Source: an uncultured Alphaproteobacteria bacterium
Lineage (GTDB): Bacteria > Pseudomonadota > Alphaproteobacteria > UBA3830 > JAIRWN01
DNA length: 64,000 bases
NCBI GenBank assembly: GCA_964369315.1
Contig: CAYJEJ010000002.1
Coordinates: 2,747 to 66,746, forward strand
Direction of reading: 5' to 3'
Part shown: positions 9,426 to 22,400 of the stretch, piece after piece
How positions within the stretch are numbered: the stretch's first letter is position 1
How the letters are laid out: each line of letters opens with the position of its first letter
Program-made: the position numbers and the translations under genes
The notes under the pieces: model-generated
Told to the model about the DNA's origin: nothing
Databases searched by the model: none
Seen by the model: the letters and a program-made list of their open reading frames with translations, nothing else

Positions 9426-10476
9426 GATGTGCCTCTTTTAAAGCATTATATTGTTGATACAAGATGTCAATTAGCATGATAGTGCTCGCCTTTTTATCAA
9501 GCTCGAGCGTTTCAGCTTGTTTTATGATATCCAATGTAGTGGAAAAACTTTCTAAAAGAAACCCATTGATTAAGGAATGTTGTTTTAGCTGGTTTAAGAA
9601 AAAAATCTCTTTTTTTGTTAAATTTTGTTTTGATATGCCTTCTTGCGAGGTGATTAGAAAACCCAACACTCTGGGAACCACCGTTTTGATTAGCGACCAA
9701 TAAATGTCAATATTATTCAGGTCAATGGACTTGATAACCTGTTCGTATGAAGAGTTGTTTGATAAGTTTTCAAGTAGAGCGTTATAAATATCTAGTTTAT
9801 TCATATTTTCCGGCTCTAACTCAAGTTGTTGATAAAAATCACATGCCCGACCTATAGAACCGTCAGATATTGAAAATAAATCATCCAATTCTTCTTTTGT
9901 GATGCCGTTGAATAATTTTGTTACAATTTGAAAAAAATCTTCAAAGCACAATGAATCAAATGTCAACTGATTGCACCGAGACGCTACAGTCAAAGGGAGG
10001 AGCTGAACCTTATCGCAAATTAAGACTATTATCGCGTGACTGGGAGGCTCTTCCAAGATTTTTAAAAGAGCATTAGCCGCGTTCTGATTGAGTTTTTCGG
10101 CTTGGTCAATCAGTAGGATATTATATTTTGATATTGCGGGTCTGAGGATTAATTTATTGGTCGCATTTCTGACCTGTTCAACCGAGATTTTGTTGGTTTT
10201 CTCGGGCTCTAATACTATAAGGTCTGGGTGAGCTCTATTGGAGACCAAACTGTTTGTTTTGGCGTCTTTTTTGATGCTGAGTGTTTCAACGTTCTCATGC
10301 TCGAGCTCATCAGATAATAGGTATTTTATAAACCTATAAGCAAGTGTTGCCTTGCCCACGCCATATGTCCCAGAAAACATAAAAGACTTATGAGGGTTTT
10401 GAATTTGTCGTACCAAATAGTTGACAATGTTCGTATGACCAAAGAAAAAATCACTATCCCTAGGGTGTAATGGCAT
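9418..10476 (-). CDS. holB: DNA polymerase III subunit delta'
   Basis: AAA+ P-loop-like 'SGTYGVGKATLAY'. Clamp-loader box 'NALLKILEEPP'. Sits in the tmk-holB-metG order and overlaps metG by 8 nt. Confidence 0.85.
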   Translation of the reverse strand: MPLHPRDSDFFFGHTNIVNYLVRQIQNPHKSFMFSGTYGVGKATLAYRFIKYLLSDELEHENVETLSIKKDAKTNSLVSNRAHPDLIVLEPEKTNKISVEQVRNATNKLILRPAISKYNILLIDQAEKLNQNAANALLKILEEPPSHAIIVLICDKVQLLPLTVASRCNQLTFDSLCFEDFFQIVTKLFNGITKEELDDLFSISDGSIGRACDFYQQLELEPENMNKLDIYNALLENLSNNSSYEQVIKSIDLNNIDIYWSLIKTVVPRVLGFLITSQEGISKQNLTKKEIFFLNQLKQHSLINGFLLESFSTTLDIIKQAETLELDKKASTIMLIDILYQQYNALKEAHHE

Positions 10477-10597
10477 TATTTATTGCAGTTTTAAAACCTT
10501 CTGCGAGATTATATACATAAAAAAATATAACAACCAAAGGTTTTTATTAATTACCTAATTTATTATCCTAGACCTAGGTGATAGTGAGGGCGGGGTT

Positions 10598-11245
10598 TTA
10601 GCTTTTCTTAATTAGGAATTTTTTGAAAACAACTTCCCTTATGCGTTCTTCAACGGCGGATATCGTGCCAGAGGCATTGACCGTTTCACTGCGAAATGAA
10701 AATACTTCGCCCAATTTTAAAAAGCTTTCACGAACTTTTTGATGATATTGCTCGGGCATGCTGTCCCAAGGGTCTTTTTTGCTGTTATCTTGCTTGCGGG
10801 CGTTTATTCTAAAAAGGGCGTCTTTAGTTTTTATGTCTAATATAATGGTTAAGTCTGGCTCAAAGTTGCCCATGACTAATTCCTTGATTTTCATAAGGTT
10901 TTCTATGGAATAATCCTTCATAATCCCTTGATAAACTAGCGAGGAGTCATAAAACCTGTCGCAAACGACCCAAACGCCCGAATGGAGGTTGGGGAAAATC
11001 AGTTGATTTAAAAGCTGCCGCCTTGCTGAGAAAAATAACATTGCCTCAACCAACGGGTCAGTTATAGGTGAGGTGTGCTCCCTTAAGAGGTTGCGGAGTT
11101 TTTCGCCTAACTCACTACCACCTGGCTCACGTGTGGCAATTGCTTTTATCCCCACTCGTTTTAAACTCTCTGCGAGGAGCTTGGCTTGGGTTGTTTTGCC
11201 TGTGCCGTCACCCCCCTCAAGGGTGATAAATTTTCCAATTTCCAT
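10598..11245 (-). CDS. tmk: thymidylate kinase
   Basis: P-loop 'ITLEGGDGTGKTTQ' and 'DRFYDSSLVYQG'. 215 aa. Confidence 0.92.
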   Translation of the reverse strand: MEIGKFITLEGGDGTGKTTQAKLLAESLKRVGIKAIATREPGGSELGEKLRNLLREHTSPITDPLVEAMLFFSARRQLLNQLIFPNLHSGVWVVCDRFYDSSLVYQGIMKDYSIENLMKIKELVMGNFEPDLTIILDIKTKDALFRINARKQDNSKKDPWDSMPEQYHQKVRESFLKLGEVFSFRSETVNASGTISAVEERIREVVFKKFLIKKS

Positions 11246-12463
11246 TTAAAACTTTAATCCTTGAAAGAAAGAGCGAATTTTCTCGAACGCTATTTCTAGA
11301 ATGTTCAGCCTTTCAACGTCTTCGTTTGCGAGGAGGTTGAAATTAAAAACCTCTTGGGATTTGCCGTCAAAACTAAGCGTTAAAAGACCAACCTTTTGCC
11401 CTTTTTTTATAGGGGCTTCGGCATTGAAAGAAGTTAATTTCACCTTCAAGGCTTTTATTAAGTTGGCTGGAATCGTCACAGAAGAGACTCCGCCTTCAAT
11501 ACAAGATTTTATAATTTTTTTCTTGCCCATTGAAATTTGAACTGGCTCAGATTCTCCGTTGTTCTTGCTCAGGCTATAATTGCTAAATTGATTATAGCCA
11601 AATTCAAGAAGCTTTTTTGCCTCCTGCGAACGTTCAGATGAAGTTTTGCAACCATTTACGACCACTATTATTCTTCTGCCATCACGTATCGCAGAGATTG
11701 CAACGCCGTAACCACCCGCTTCTGTTGAACCTGTCTTTAAACCATCAACGCCGATGTCGTCCCACAGGAGGGAGTTTCTGTTGTATTGATGGATATTGGA
11801 GTATGTGAATTCTTTCTCTGAAAAAACTTTATACCGCTCAGGAAAAGTTTTTATCAATGCCTTAGATAATATTGCCATATCATATGCACAGGAATAATGA
11901 CCATTGTCTGGCCAGCCATGAATATTAACAAAATTGGAGTTTTTCATCCCAATCTTTTGGGCGAGTTCATTCATATATTGGACGCACAGTTCACTAGAAC
12001 CAAAAAGCTTGTCTGCTAAGACGATGCATGCATCGTTTCCAGATTGAATTATTATCCCCCGTATTAAGTCGCCAACCGCAGCTTCTTTTCCAACCTCCAA
12101 AAACATCTTAGAGCCAGACATCTTCCAAGCAGACTTACTTATTTTGGCGAGCGAATCATCTGGAATGTTTTTATCCTTTAGATATGAGAAAGAAGCATAA
12201 ATCATGAGCATTTTGGTCATTGACGAAGGAGTCATGCGAGAAAAAGCATTTTTATCAAATAAAATCGCTTCAGTGTCATAATCCATAACAATGGCTTGTT
12301 TAGCGTTGGTCGAGAAGGGTATGTTGTTTTTATCGATTAATTCTTGTTGTGAGCTTTCTGTCATATTTGCTAGTAAGTCGGATGTGAACATTGAACACAT
12401 CAAGAAAAACAGGATTGAAATAATCGATAAATTTTTGCTGAATTTTTTTTTATCAAAAAACAT
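11246..12463 (-). CDS. dacC: D-alanyl-D-alanine carboxypeptidase (peptidase S11, PBP5/6 type, with C-terminal domain)
   Basis: Signal/TM N-terminus, active-site 'PSSMTKMLM' (SxxK), 'SGND' (SxN) and 'KTGST' (KTG). Confidence 0.85.
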   Translation of the reverse strand: MFFDKKKFSKNLSIISILFFLMCSMFTSDLLANMTESSQQELIDKNNIPFSTNAKQAIVMDYDTEAILFDKNAFSRMTPSSMTKMLMIYASFSYLKDKNIPDDSLAKISKSAWKMSGSKMFLEVGKEAAVGDLIRGIIIQSGNDACIVLADKLFGSSELCVQYMNELAQKIGMKNSNFVNIHGWPDNGHYSCAYDMAILSKALIKTFPERYKVFSEKEFTYSNIHQYNRNSLLWDDIGVDGLKTGSTEAGGYGVAISAIRDGRRIIVVVNGCKTSSERSQEAKKLLEFGYNQFSNYSLSKNNGESEPVQISMGKKKIIKSCIEGGVSSVTIPANLIKALKVKLTSFNAEAPIKKGQKVGLLTLSFDGKSQEVFNFNLLANEDVERLNILEIAFEKIRSFFQGLKF

Positions 12464-12517
12464 AAGGATAGTCCGTATTGTTACTTTATAACAGTTCTAT
12501 ATGAAGAGGTGTTTCAT

Positions 12518-13582
12518 TTAAATCGTCTTTGGTCTTGATTTCTTGTTCTTCCTGTTTGTTGGTTTTTTTGTATTAGTTTTTTTATTTAATCTACGCTTAG
12601 AAGGAATTTGTGCCTTGACCGAATTCGCATTGGTTGAAACAGAAATTAGCTTGGCTATTGGGTCATCGTTCCAAGGCGTATTAACGCGAGCTGGGGAGAT
12701 TAATGTTTTAGAAAAATTATTATTAAAAGCACAGTTGAGCAATAAGTCTACTCTGCGGTCACGGTCTTGTCTTGTTTTTCCGCCCATAACAACAGCAATC
12801 ATACGTTTGTTTCCCCTAATGGCAGAGGCGGCTAAATTAAAGCCAGATTCTTTTATATAGCCTGTCTTGATGCCGTCATACTGGATAGTGCTTTTTTTAG
12901 TCCATAAAAGATTATTATGGTTTCTATGATGCCATCCTGCATAAGTGAAATTTTTTGTTCTAAACAATTTATAGTATCCAGGGTGCTTTTTTATCAAATA
13001 AAGTGACAAGGTTGCCATATCCATTGCCGTCGTCTTTTGTCCTGATGCTGGTAGACCAGAAGCATTTTTGAATGTGGTATTACGCATTCCGATGGAAAGG
13101 GCTTTTTGTGTCATCATTTTAGCAAAATTTGGCTCGGTTCCGCCAATATGCTCTCCTAACGCGGAGGCAATATCATTTGCAGACCTTGTGATTAGTGCCA
13201 GTATAGCGTTTTTGACGGTTATTCTTGACCCTAGACGCAGTCCTAATTTGCTTGGTGCTTGAAAATGAGCATGTTTTGATATTTTTATTAAAGAATTCAA
13301 AGAGATTTTTTTTCTTTCTAATGCTTCGAACGTTATTAATAGGGTCATCATTTTTGTTAAAGAGGCGGGACAGGTTTGTTGGTGTGCGTTTTCTTCGTAT
13401 ATTATTTTTCCTGTCAAGCCGTCGAGCACCACCGCACTATAAACAGGTTGATTAGCTTCAAGTGTTCTGCAGTTGGTTTCAAATGATAATAAGCCAATCA
13501 ATAGATAAAAAAAACTTAATGATAGCTTTTTAAAACTTGCACTTAAGGTCATAGAAGATAAATTCTCCGATTTTGTAAACAT
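12518..13582 (-). CDS. D-alanyl-D-alanine carboxypeptidase paralogue (peptidase S11) with a highly basic C-terminal tail
   Basis: 'PASLTKMMT' (SxxK), 'RSANDIA' (SxN) and 'IKTGYI' (KTG). The C-terminus is 'KRRLNKKTNTKKPTNRKNKKSRPKTI'. Confidence 0.82.
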   Translation of the reverse strand: MFTKSENLSSMTLSASFKKLSLSFFYLLIGLLSFETNCRTLEANQPVYSAVVLDGLTGKIIYEENAHQQTCPASLTKMMTLLITFEALERKKISLNSLIKISKHAHFQAPSKLGLRLGSRITVKNAILALITRSANDIASALGEHIGGTEPNFAKMMTQKALSIGMRNTTFKNASGLPASGQKTTAMDMATLSLYLIKKHPGYYKLFRTKNFTYAGWHHRNHNNLLWTKKSTIQYDGIKTGYIKESGFNLAASAIRGNKRMIAVVMGGKTRQDRDRRVDLLLNCAFNNNFSKTLISPARVNTPWNDDPIAKLISVSTNANSVKAQIPSKRRLNKKTNTKKPTNRKNKKSRPKTI

Positions 13583-13930
13583 AGCGATAGCTTACGCAAT
13601 TAAAAGTTAAATAACTATTAAACACGAGCATTGTATCAAAATTTTTTATAAATAACTATTAATAACCTCATACATTTTTTATGTGGAATATGCTTTTTTA
13701 TTAAAAAATATAAAATTATTACAGATTTTTTGAAAAAATCATTTCTATATTCATTAATTATCTGTTAATAATAAATAAGTTTTAAAACGAAGACGTTTCT
13801 TTTGGTCTTTAAAATAGGGTTTTTTTCTGTATATTTAATACGTGTGGACTGTGTTGAATAACGATATTATCATGTTCTCTCGCTACTCAAAGTATATTTT
13901 GGGTTTCTTTTATTATAATCGGAGCAAGTA

Positions 13931-16900
13931 ATGACAAGAAATTTTACGGAACGTAAAAGGTTTCGCAAGAGTTTTGGGCGTATTTCTGAGGTTATAGAGC
14001 TGCCAAATTTGGTAGAGTTGCAATGTTCGTCTTATGAGAATTTTCTTCAGGCGTTTGTTGCTCCAGAGTCTAGGCAAGACATTGGTTTGCAGGCTGTTTT
14101 TAAATCAGTGTTTCCAATAAAAGACTATTCTGGTCGTGCTCAACTAGATTTTCATAAATATTATTTTGACCAACCAAAATATGATGAAAACGAATGTCGT
14201 CAAAGAGGGTTGACCTTTGCTGCACCTCTTAGAGCAACATTTAGGTTAATCGTTTGGGATGTTGACCAAGATACAGGCTCCCGTTCAATAAGGGATATAA
14301 AAGAACAAGATGTCTATATGGGGGATATTCCCCTTATGACGGTCAATGGAACTTTTATCGTCAATGGGGTTGAACGTGTTGTCGTCTCTCAAATGCAACG
14401 TTCCCCTGGTGTGTTTTTTGACCACGATAATGGTAAAACGCATATATCTGGAAAATTTTTGTTCGCCGCACATGTCATCCCTTATCGCGGTTCTTGGCTA
14501 GATTTCGAGTTTGATACCAAAGAAAACATTAATGTTAGAATAGATCGTAAGAGAAAACTTCCTGTCACAACTTTTTTAATGGCTTTGCCGTCAGCTGATT
14601 GCGAGGCGGAAATGCTGAAGGCGAAAGAGCTTGGTGAGGTTTTTGAAAAAACTCGCCTTGTTGGTATGGATAGGGAAGAAATTCTGAACGCTTTTTATAA
14701 AACAATTAATTATAAACGAAAAGATGAAAACTCTTGGATTATGGAGTTTGTTCCAGAGTCATTTAAAGGGTTGCGTCTAGAAAAAGATTTAATTGACGCA
14801 AAAACAGGTGAGGTTGTGCTGGAAGCTGGCGTTAAGATAAATGCCAGAATCTTAAAGCAATTGAAAGATAAAAACGTTGAAAATGTCATTATCTCTGCTC
14901 AGGAGCTGATTGGTAAGTATGGCGGAAATGATGTTATCGACACGTCGAATGGCTTGGTGTTGCTTGAGGCAGGTGAAGAGATTTCTGCTGAAAAACTTGA
15001 AACACTTGAAAAATATAATATTTCTGAGCTGAACTTGTTGTTTATTAATAATATCCATGTTGGTGGATACATAAGGAACACTTTGGCTTTGGATAAAAAT
15101 AACAGCCGAGAAGAAGCTCTGATAGACATTTACAGGGTTTTGCGTCCTGGTGAGCCACCTACCATAGAGGGGGCGGAGCTTTTGTTCAATGAATTGTTTT
15201 TTGACCAAGACCGTTATGACCTTTCAGCTGTTGGTCGTGTAAAAATTAATGCTAGGTTAGGTTTTGATAGTAACGACGAACCTCGGGTTCTTACCAAGCA
15301 AGATATCATTAAATCTGTTCAGATTTTGCATAATCTGAAAGATGGCATCGGTGAAATAGACGATATCGACAACTTGGGGAACAGAAGAGTTCGTTCTGTT
15401 GGTGAGTTGCTAGAAAATCAATTCAGGATAGGCTTGTCGAGGATGGAGCGTTCTGTTAGGGAGCGTATGGGTGCGGTTGAGATAGAAACTGCGATGCCTA
15501 ATGACGTTGTGAATGCTAAGCCTGTTTCTGCAAATATTAGAGAGTTTTTTTCTAGTTCGCAGTTGTCCCAATTTATGGACCAAACAAATCCATTGGCTGA
15601 GCTTACTCACAAAAGAAGGATTTCAGCTTTGGGGCCAGGTGGTTTGTCGAGAGATAGGGCGGGTTTTGAGGTTAGAGACGTTCATACAACCCATTATGGT
15701 CGAATTTGTCCAATTGAAACACCTGAAGGTCCAAATATTGGTCTTATAAACTCTTTGGCTGTGTTTGCTAAAATCAACAAATATGGTTTTATTGAAACGC
15801 CATATCGTAAGGTCATTAAATCTCAGGTTACTGATGAGGTGGTCTATTTATCTGCTCTTGATGAAGCGAAGTATGTAATTGCTCAGGCAAATTCCACCAT
15901 ATCTGCAGAAGGGAAGTTGTTGGGGGATTTAGTTGTTTGTCGTAAAAATGGGGACGTGGTTTCTGTTTCTCCAGATATGATTGACTTCATGGATGTCTCG
16001 CCCAAGCAATTGGTTTCGGTTGCTGCTGCACTTATTCCGTCCTTAGGGAATGATGATGCAAGCCGTGCTCTTATGGGCTCGAACATGCAGAGGCAAGCGG
16101 TTCCTCTTCTTCGAGGGAGAGCACCTCTTGTCGGAACTGGTATAGAACGCGTTGTTGCAAGAGATTCTGGTGCGGTGGTTATCGCAAAGCGTGATGGCGT
16201 GGTTGACCAAGTTGATGCAAACCGTATAGTCGTTAAGGCAACTGGGAAAAAGAGCTTTTCATCGGTTGGTGTGGACATACACAACCTGCGTAAATTTGAG
16301 TGCTCAAACCATAACACTTGCGTTAATCAAAAACCCCTTGTGAAGAAGGGGGACGTTGTGAAGGCGGGTGATATAATCGCAGATGGACAGGCAACAGAGC
16401 TCGGCGAGTTGGCGTTGGGCGAGAATATTAATGTTGCCTTTATGCTGTGGCAAGGGCTCACCTTTGAAGATGCTATAGTGGTTTCTGAACGATTGGTGGG
16501 GAATGATAACTTTACCTCAATTCACATAGAAGAGTTTGAAGTTGTTGCCCGTGACACTAAGTTGGGTAATGAAGACATCACGAGAGACCTCCCTAATGTA
16601 AGTGATGAGGGTTTGCGAAACCTTGATGAAGCTGGCATGGTTTATATTGGCGCAGAGGTTAAACCAGGGGATATTTTGGTCGGTAAGATTACCCCTAAGG
16701 GCGAATCGATGCTCTCCACTGAAGAAAAATTGTTACGTGCGATTTTTGGTGAACGTGCCTCAGATGTGCGGGACACCTCTTTACGAGTTCCCCCTGGAGC
16801 AGGTGGAACTGTTATTGACGTTAAGGTCTTTTCAAGGTCTGGGCTTGAAAAAGATGAGAGAGCCTTGGCTATAGACCAAGTTGATATTGAATGCTTAACA

Positions 16901-18121
16901 AAAGATTTTGAGGCTGAAAAAGCCATTATTGAAAAAGACTTTTACTCAAGACTTGAAATGCTTTTGAAGGGCTGTGTTGCTGTTTCTACGCCAGAGGAAG
17001 ATTTTGGCGGCAAGACTATTGACGATGATGTGCTCTCGAGCATGTCTAAAGGTCAGTGGCGGCAAATAGTCGTTGAGGATGAAGAAGCCACTAAAGACAT
17101 TGAAAAGTTAAAAAAGCAGTTTGATTTGGTGATTAAAAAGCTCAAAGAAAAACTGGATGATAGGGTCGACAAATTGCGTCGAGGAGATGATTTGGCTCCT
17201 GGTGTTTTGAAAGTGGTGCGGGTTTATGTTGCATCTAAGAGGAAAATCCAGCCTGGAGATAAGATGGCGGGGCGTCACGGTAACAAGGGCGTTGTTTCTA
17301 AGATAGTTCCAGTTGAAGACATGCCTCACCTAGAAGATGGTACGCCAGTTGATATAGTGCTCAACCCGTTGGGTGTGCCTTCTCGTATGAACATTGGGCA
17401 AATACTTGAAATTCATTTGGGTCGTGCCGCATATGGATTGGGCGTCCAGATAGAGCAAGCTCTTGCTAAAGTAGATTGCGAAAATGGAACCCTCGATGAG
17501 GTTAAGTCTAAGATAAAAGAAATTTATACGTCAAAAAATGACCGCAAGGATATAGATAAGCTGACAGATTATGAATTGGCTGAGCTTGCTGTGAATTTGT
17601 CGAAAGGTGTGCCTTTGGCAGCACCAGTTTTTGACGGAGCAACTAATGACGAGGTGTCGCAGCATTTGAAGATGGCTGGTTTTAACCCTACTGGCAAGGT
17701 GCGGTTAATAGATGGGCGGACAGGTGAATATTTTGACCGTGAAACTACTGTTGGTCAATTATACATGATAAAGCTCCATCATATGGTCGATGACAAGATG
17801 CATGCTAGGTCTGTTGGTCCATATAGCCTTGTTACTCAGCAACCATTGGGCGGTAAGGCTCAGTTTGGTGGGCAACGTTTTGGTGAGATGGAGGTTTGGG
17901 CACTTCAAGCTTATGGTGCGGCTTATACATTGCAGGAGATGCTCACGATTAAATCTGACGATGTTGAGGGCAGAACAAAGGCGTATGAAAACATCGTAAA
18001 AGGCAACCAGAACATTGAACCAGGTATTCCTGAGTCTTTTAATGTGCTGACGAAGGAATTGAGTGCTTTGGCGTTTAATTTAGAGTTTTTGGAAGGAACA
18101 GCTTCGGAGGGTGATTTATAA
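13931..18121 (+). CDS. rpoB: DNA-directed RNA polymerase subunit beta
   Basis: 1396 aa with '[12 protein letters not shown]' and '[13 protein letters not shown]'. SD GGAG lies 7 nt upstream. The stop overlaps the rpoC ATG (TAATG). Confidence 0.98.
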   Translation: MTRNFTERKRFRKSFGRISEVIELPNLVELQCSSYENFLQAFVAPESRQDIGLQAVFKSVFPIKDYSGRAQLDFHKYYFDQPKYDENECRQRGLTFAAPLRATFRLIVWDVDQDTGSRSIRDIKEQDVYMGDIPLMTVNGTFIVNGVERVVVSQMQRSPGVFFDHDNGKTHISGKFLFAAHVIPYRGSWLDFEFDTKENINVRIDRKRKLPVTTFLMALPSADCEAEMLKAKELGEVFEKTRLVGMDREEILNAFYKTINYKRKDENSWIMEFVPESFKGLRLEKDLIDAKTGEVVLEAGVKINARILKQLKDKNVENVIISAQELIGKYGGNDVIDTSNGLVLLEAGEEISAEKLETLEKYNISELNLLFINNIHVGGYIRNTLALDKNNSREEALIDIYRVLRPGEPPTIEGAELLFNELFFDQDRYDLSAVGRVKINARLGFDSNDEPRVLTKQDIIKSVQILHNLKDGIGEIDDIDNLGNRRVRSVGELLENQFRIGLSRMERSVRERMGAVEIETAMPNDVVNAKPVSANIREFFSSSQLSQFMDQTNPLAELTHKRRISALGPGGLSRDRAGFEVRDVHTTHYGRICPIETPEGPNIGLINSLAVFAKINKYGFIETPYRKVIKSQVTDEVVYLSALDEAKYVIAQANSTISAEGKLLGDLVVCRKNGDVVSVSPDMIDFMDVSPKQLVSVAAALIPSLGNDDASRALMGSNMQRQAVPLLRGRAPLVGTGIERVVARDSGAVVIAKRDGVVDQVDANRIVVKATGKKSFSSVGVDIHNLRKFECSNHNTCVNQKPLVKKGDVVKAGDIIADGQATELGELALGENINVAFMLWQGLTFEDAIVVSERLVGNDNFTSIHIEEFEVVARDTKLGNEDITRDLPNVSDEGLRNLDEAGMVYIGAEVKPGDILVGKITPKGESMLSTEEKLLRAIFGERASDVRDTSLRVPPGAGGTVIDVKVFSRSGLEKDERALAIDQVDIECLTKDFEAEKAIIEKDFYSRLEMLLKGCVAVSTPEEDFGGKTIDDDVLSSMSKGQWRQIVVEDEEATKDIEKLKKQFDLVIKKLKEKLDDRVDKLRRGDDLAPGVLKVVRVYVASKRKIQPGDKMAGRHGNKGVVSKIVPVEDMPHLEDGTPVDIVLNPLGVPSRMNIGQILEIHLGRAAYGLGVQIEQALAKVDCENGTLDEVKSKIKEIYTSKNDRKDIDKLTDYELAELAVNLSKGVPLAAPVFDGATNDEVSQHLKMAGFNPTGKVRLIDGRTGEYFDRETTVGQLYMIKLHHMVDDKMHARSVGPYSLVTQQPLGGKAQFGGQRFGEMEVWALQAYGAAYTLQEMLTIKSDDVEGRTKAYENIVKGNQNIEPGIPESFNVLTKELSALAFNLEFLEGTASEGDL

Positions 18122-21100
18122 TGACTGAACAGTTGCAAAGAATTTTTGGTCAAATCAATAAAATTGACAGTTTCGACGCTATCAGACTTTCTATAGCCAG
18201 CCCTGAAAGGATTAGGTCTTGGTCGTATGGAGAGGTGAAAAAACCAGAGACTATAAATTATAGAACGTTTAAACCAGAAAAAGATGGTCTTTTTTGTGCT
18301 AAGACTTTTGGTCCTGTAAAGGATTATGAGTGCCTTTGCGGTAAATATAAGAGGATGAAGTATCGAGGCGTTATATGTGAAAAATGTGGCGTTGAAGTGA
18401 CTTTATCCAAGGTGAGACGTGAAAGGATGGGGCATATAGAACTGGCTTCACCTGTTGCACATATTTGGTTTATTAAGTCTATGCCAAGTCGTATAGCCCT
18501 TATGGTTGATATCTCTGCTAGGGATATGGAAAGAGTTCTTTATTTTGAGAATTTTATAGTTATAGAACCCGCCTTAACTCCCTTACAACAATATCAAATT
18601 TTAAGTGAAGATGAATATTTTAAAGCAATAGAAGAGTATGGAGAGGGCTCCTTTACCGCAGGTATTGGGGCAGAAGCGTTAAAGATGATTTTGGCTTCGA
18701 TTGATTTGAAAGCTGAAAGATTAAAAATGCGTCAGGAAATTAAAGATGGGCTTCCTGAGTTGCGTCGTAAACGCGTGATTAAGCGTTTAAAGTTAATAGA
18801 GGGTTTTATTGCTTCAGGCTCGAGACCTGAGTGGATGGTGTTGGATTGTATTCCAGTTATTCCGCCAGAATTAAGACCACTTGTTCCGCTTGATGGCGGA
18901 AGGTTTGCCACTTCAGACTTGAATGACCTTTATCGACGCGTTATTAACAGAAACAATAGGTTGCGTCGTTTGATGGAGTTGCGGGCACCTGATATTATCG
19001 TGCGTAATGAGAAGCGTATGCTTCAAGAGGCGGTTGACGCATTATTTGATAATGGGCGTCGCGGTCGAGTCATCACTGGTGCGAATAAGCGTCCATTAAA
19101 ATCTTTGTCTGACATGTTAAAGGGGAAACAGGGACGATTTAGGCAAAATCTTTTGGGTAAAAGAGTCGACTATTCTGGTCGTTCAGTTATAGTCGTGGGT
19201 CCAAATTTAAAATTGCATCAATGTGGATTGCCTAAAAAAATGGCACTTGAGTTGTTTAAGCCTTTTGTGTTTTCAAAACTTGAAAAATATGGTCATGCTA
19301 TGACCATCAAGAACGCTAAGCGAATGGTTGAAAAAGGTCGTCCTGAGGTGTGGGACATTTTGGAGGAAGTCATTCGTGAACATCCTGTTCTTTTAAACCG
19401 TGCACCAACATTGCATAGGTTGGGTATTCAGGGGTTTGAGCCGGTTTTGGTTGAAGGCAAAGCGATACAGTTGCATCCTCTAGTTTGTACTGCTTTTAAC
19501 GCTGACTTTGACGGTGACCAAATGGCAGTGCATGTTCCCTTGTCTGTTGAGGCACAACTAGAGACCCGTGTTTTGGCGATGTCGACTAATAATATTTTAA
19601 GCCCTTCTAGTGGTAAGCCAGTCATAGTGCCCAGCAAGGACATAGTGCTTGGGATATATTATTTAACGATGTCTCGTGATGGCGAGGTTGGTGAAGGGCG
19701 AATTTTTGCCGACATTGGCGAAATAGAGCATGCCTTACATCAAAATCAAGTCACTTTACACTCCAAAATCGTTGCTAGAGTAAGCAAAGTTAATGAAAAT
19801 GGTGAAAGTGTTTTTGAGCGTGTTGAAACGACCGTTGGTCGAGCAATATTTTATCAAATCATGCCAAAACATCATGCGTTAGACTTTTCTTTGATTAATA
19901 AACACTTTGCTAAGAAAGATATAGATGCGTTGATGGGCGATGTTTACCGTTATTGCGGTCAGAAGGAGACCGTGGTCTTTGCTGATAAAATCATGCAATT
20001 AGGGTTTAAGTACTCGACCCTATCTGGTATTTCAATCGGGAAGGACGACCTCGTTGTGCCTGTTGAAAAAGATAAAATAGTGAATGAGGTGCGTCAGCAG
20101 GTTTCAGAATTTGAACAACAATATATGGACGGGTTGATTACGCATGGCGAAAAATATAACAAGGTGATTGACGCTTGGTCTCGTTGTGCTGACCGTGTTG
20201 CGGAGACGATGATGGTTTCTATGTCACAAACTAAAAATGGTGAATATGAAAACCCTGTATACATGATGGCAAATTCTGGTGCTAGAGGTTCGGTCGCTCA
20301 GATGCGACAAGTCTCGGGGATGCGTGGGTTGATGGCAAAGCCTTCGGGTGAGATTATTGAGACGCCGATTGTGTCGAACTTTAAAGAAGGGTTGAGCGTC
20401 TTGGAGTATTTTACTTCCACTCACGGTGCTCGTAAAGGTTTGGCGGATACGGCGCTTAAAACTGCAAACTCTGGTTACTTGACTCGTCGTTTGGTTGATG
20501 TTTCTCAAGATTGCGTGATTTCGGGTCAGGATTGTGGGACAACTGATGGGATTATCATCAGGGACGTGGTTGATGGCAGTGACGTGGTCGCACATATGAG
20601 CGAGCGGGTTTTGGGTCGTGTTGTTGCAGAGGACGTTGTTAACCCTAATGATGATAGTGTGATAGTTTCTGCTGGAAGTTTGATTGACGAAGAGGTTGCG
20701 GCAAATATCATATCTTGCGGTATTTCTGAGGTTAAGGTTCGTTCAGCTTTGACTTGTAAGTCCAGACGCGGGATTTGTGCCAAGTGCTATGGAAGGGACT
20801 TGACTTGTGGGAACTTGGTTAGCGAAGGGGAAGCAGTTGGAATTATTGCCGCTCAATCTATAGGTGAGCCAGGAACTCAGTTGACTTTGCGTACGTTCCA
20901 TATAGGTGGTGCTGCTCAGCGTGGTGCTGAGAAGTCTTCTATTGAGGCGTCCATAGATTCAACAGTCAAAATTAAGTCTAGGCGGATTATTGAGGACAAA
21001 AATGGTCGACAGATAGTTGCGAGTAGATTTTCCGAAATAGTTTTATTAGATGCGAGGAAAAAAGAAAGGGCGACCTATAAATTGCCTTATGGTGCGTTTT

Positions 21101-22242
21101 TGTTGGTTGCTGATGGTGTGAAGGTTAAGCGAGGCGACAAACTCGTCGAGTGGGACCCATACACTTTGCCCGTTATTAGTGAACTTTCTGGTCAGGTTCA
21201 ATATATGGACTTGATTGACGGCGTGTCTATGAAAGAGGTTGTCGACGAAACGACAGGGGTTTCAACAAGGGTTGTCTCTGATTGGCGTCAACAAGCGGCA
21301 AATGCTGATATTAAACCTAGGATAGTGATAGTCGACGATGCGGGTAGCCCAATAATTTTACCCAATGGTCAAGAGGCGAAATATTATTTATCCGTTGATG
21401 CTGTTATCTCAGTTAATAAAGGGGAGCAAGTCCTTGCGGGAGATGTTTTGGCGAGACTTCCACGAGAAACGGGCAGGACGAGAGATATCATCGGTGGTTT
21501 GCCTAGGGTTTCAGAGTTGTTTGAAGCGAGGAAACCAAAAGAAAGTGCTGTTATTAGCGAATTTGATGGTGTTGTAGAGTTTGGTAAGGACTATAAGGGT
21601 AAGCGTCGCGTCATCATTAAGCCATCAGCTGAGGGTGGTGTTCCTGTTGAATATTTGGTGTCCAAGTTAAAACACATCACTGTTCAAGAGGGCGATCTGA
21701 TTAAAAGAGGTGACATAATTATAGACGGCACCTTAGCACCGCATGACATATTACATGCAATGGGTGTGGAGGCTTTGGCTGATTATTTTGTGAATGAAAT
21801 TCAGAGCGTTTATCGTTTGCAAGGCGTGCATATTGATGACAAGCATATAGAAGTTATTTTGCGTCAAATGTTGCAAAAAGTTGAGGTTTCTGATGCAGGT
21901 GATACAACTTTGATAGACGGTGAATTGGTCGATAGGTTTGACGCAATGGATATCAATGCCCAAGCTATTAAAGATGGCGGACAGGTCGCGAAATTTAGAC
22001 CTGTTTTACAAGGTATTACAAAGGCTTCGCTACAAACAAAGTCATTCATATCCGCAGCGTCTTTCCAAGAGACTACCCGTGTTTTGACTGAGGCGGTAAC
22101 GATGGGTAAAATTGACGGATTGTTTGGTCTAAAAGAAAATGTTATGGTGGGCAGGTTGATCCCTGCGGGTACTGGTCATATTGTGAAAAAAATGAGAAAA
22201 ATGGCCGAAATGATGGACAAACAAGTTGCGGAGGGGAGCTAG
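18121..22242 (+). CDS. rpoC: DNA-directed RNA polymerase subunit beta'
   Basis: 1373 aa. Zinc finger '[23 protein letters not shown]' and catalytic '[12 protein letters not shown]'. Confidence 0.98.
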   Translation: MTEQLQRIFGQINKIDSFDAIRLSIASPERIRSWSYGEVKKPETINYRTFKPEKDGLFCAKTFGPVKDYECLCGKYKRMKYRGVICEKCGVEVTLSKVRRERMGHIELASPVAHIWFIKSMPSRIALMVDISARDMERVLYFENFIVIEPALTPLQQYQILSEDEYFKAIEEYGEGSFTAGIGAEALKMILASIDLKAERLKMRQEIKDGLPELRRKRVIKRLKLIEGFIASGSRPEWMVLDCIPVIPPELRPLVPLDGGRFATSDLNDLYRRVINRNNRLRRLMELRAPDIIVRNEKRMLQEAVDALFDNGRRGRVITGANKRPLKSLSDMLKGKQGRFRQNLLGKRVDYSGRSVIVVGPNLKLHQCGLPKKMALELFKPFVFSKLEKYGHAMTIKNAKRMVEKGRPEVWDILEEVIREHPVLLNRAPTLHRLGIQGFEPVLVEGKAIQLHPLVCTAFNADFDGDQMAVHVPLSVEAQLETRVLAMSTNNILSPSSGKPVIVPSKDIVLGIYYLTMSRDGEVGEGRIFADIGEIEHALHQNQVTLHSKIVARVSKVNENGESVFERVETTVGRAIFYQIMPKHHALDFSLINKHFAKKDIDALMGDVYRYCGQKETVVFADKIMQLGFKYSTLSGISIGKDDLVVPVEKDKIVNEVRQQVSEFEQQYMDGLITHGEKYNKVIDAWSRCADRVAETMMVSMSQTKNGEYENPVYMMANSGARGSVAQMRQVSGMRGLMAKPSGEIIETPIVSNFKEGLSVLEYFTSTHGARKGLADTALKTANSGYLTRRLVDVSQDCVISGQDCGTTDGIIIRDVVDGSDVVAHMSERVLGRVVAEDVVNPNDDSVIVSAGSLIDEEVAANIISCGISEVKVRSALTCKSRRGICAKCYGRDLTCGNLVSEGEAVGIIAAQSIGEPGTQLTLRTFHIGGAAQRGAEKSSIEASIDSTVKIKSRRIIEDKNGRQIVASRFSEIVLLDARKKERATYKLPYGAFLLVADGVKVKRGDKLVEWDPYTLPVISELSGQVQYMDLIDGVSMKEVVDETTGVSTRVVSDWRQQAANADIKPRIVIVDDAGSPIILPNGQEAKYYLSVDAVISVNKGEQVLAGDVLARLPRETGRTRDIIGGLPRVSELFEARKPKESAVISEFDGVVEFGKDYKGKRRVIIKPSAEGGVPVEYLVSKLKHITVQEGDLIKRGDIIIDGTLAPHDILHAMGVEALADYFVNEIQSVYRLQGVHIDDKHIEVILRQMLQKVEVSDAGDTTLIDGELVDRFDAMDINAQAIKDGGQVAKFRPVLQGITKASLQTKSFISAASFQETTRVLTEAVTMGKIDGLFGLKENVMVGRLIPAGTGHIVKKMRKMAEMMDKQVAEGS

Positions 22243-22321
22243 TTTTTTGTGAACGCCTAGTAATCGTTCGGATATTTATGGTCATGGATATTAAAAAAAA
22301 TTAATATTTTAAATGTACCTG

Positions 22322-22350
22322 TTGACTTAATTTGCGATAGGCATTAGCAT
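22322..22350 (+). promoter_or_regulatory. sigma70-type promoter candidate for the str operon
   Basis: TTGACT (22322-22327), 17-nt spacer, TAGCAT (22345-22350), about 50 nt upstream of the rpsL ATG. Confidence 0.5.
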
Positions 22351-22400
22351 ACGACAGATTGCTTGATTTTAGAATTTTTGATTATGGAGTGAAGGGGCTA

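Noticed and set aside
10477-10597. 121-bp spacer between tmk and holB with distant aaaacctt/aaggtttt complementarity
   Set aside because: The loop is over 35 nt and there is no T-run. No known RNA motif is recognisable, so this is probably just an internal promoter or spacer.
22243-22400. Possible terminator or attenuator between rpoC and rpsL (gaacg...cgttc; atattaa-aaaaaa-ttaatat)
   Set aside because: The stems are only 5-7 bp, mostly A/T, and lack a proper T-tail. The promoter-like TTGACT-N17-TAGCAT is the better-supported element.
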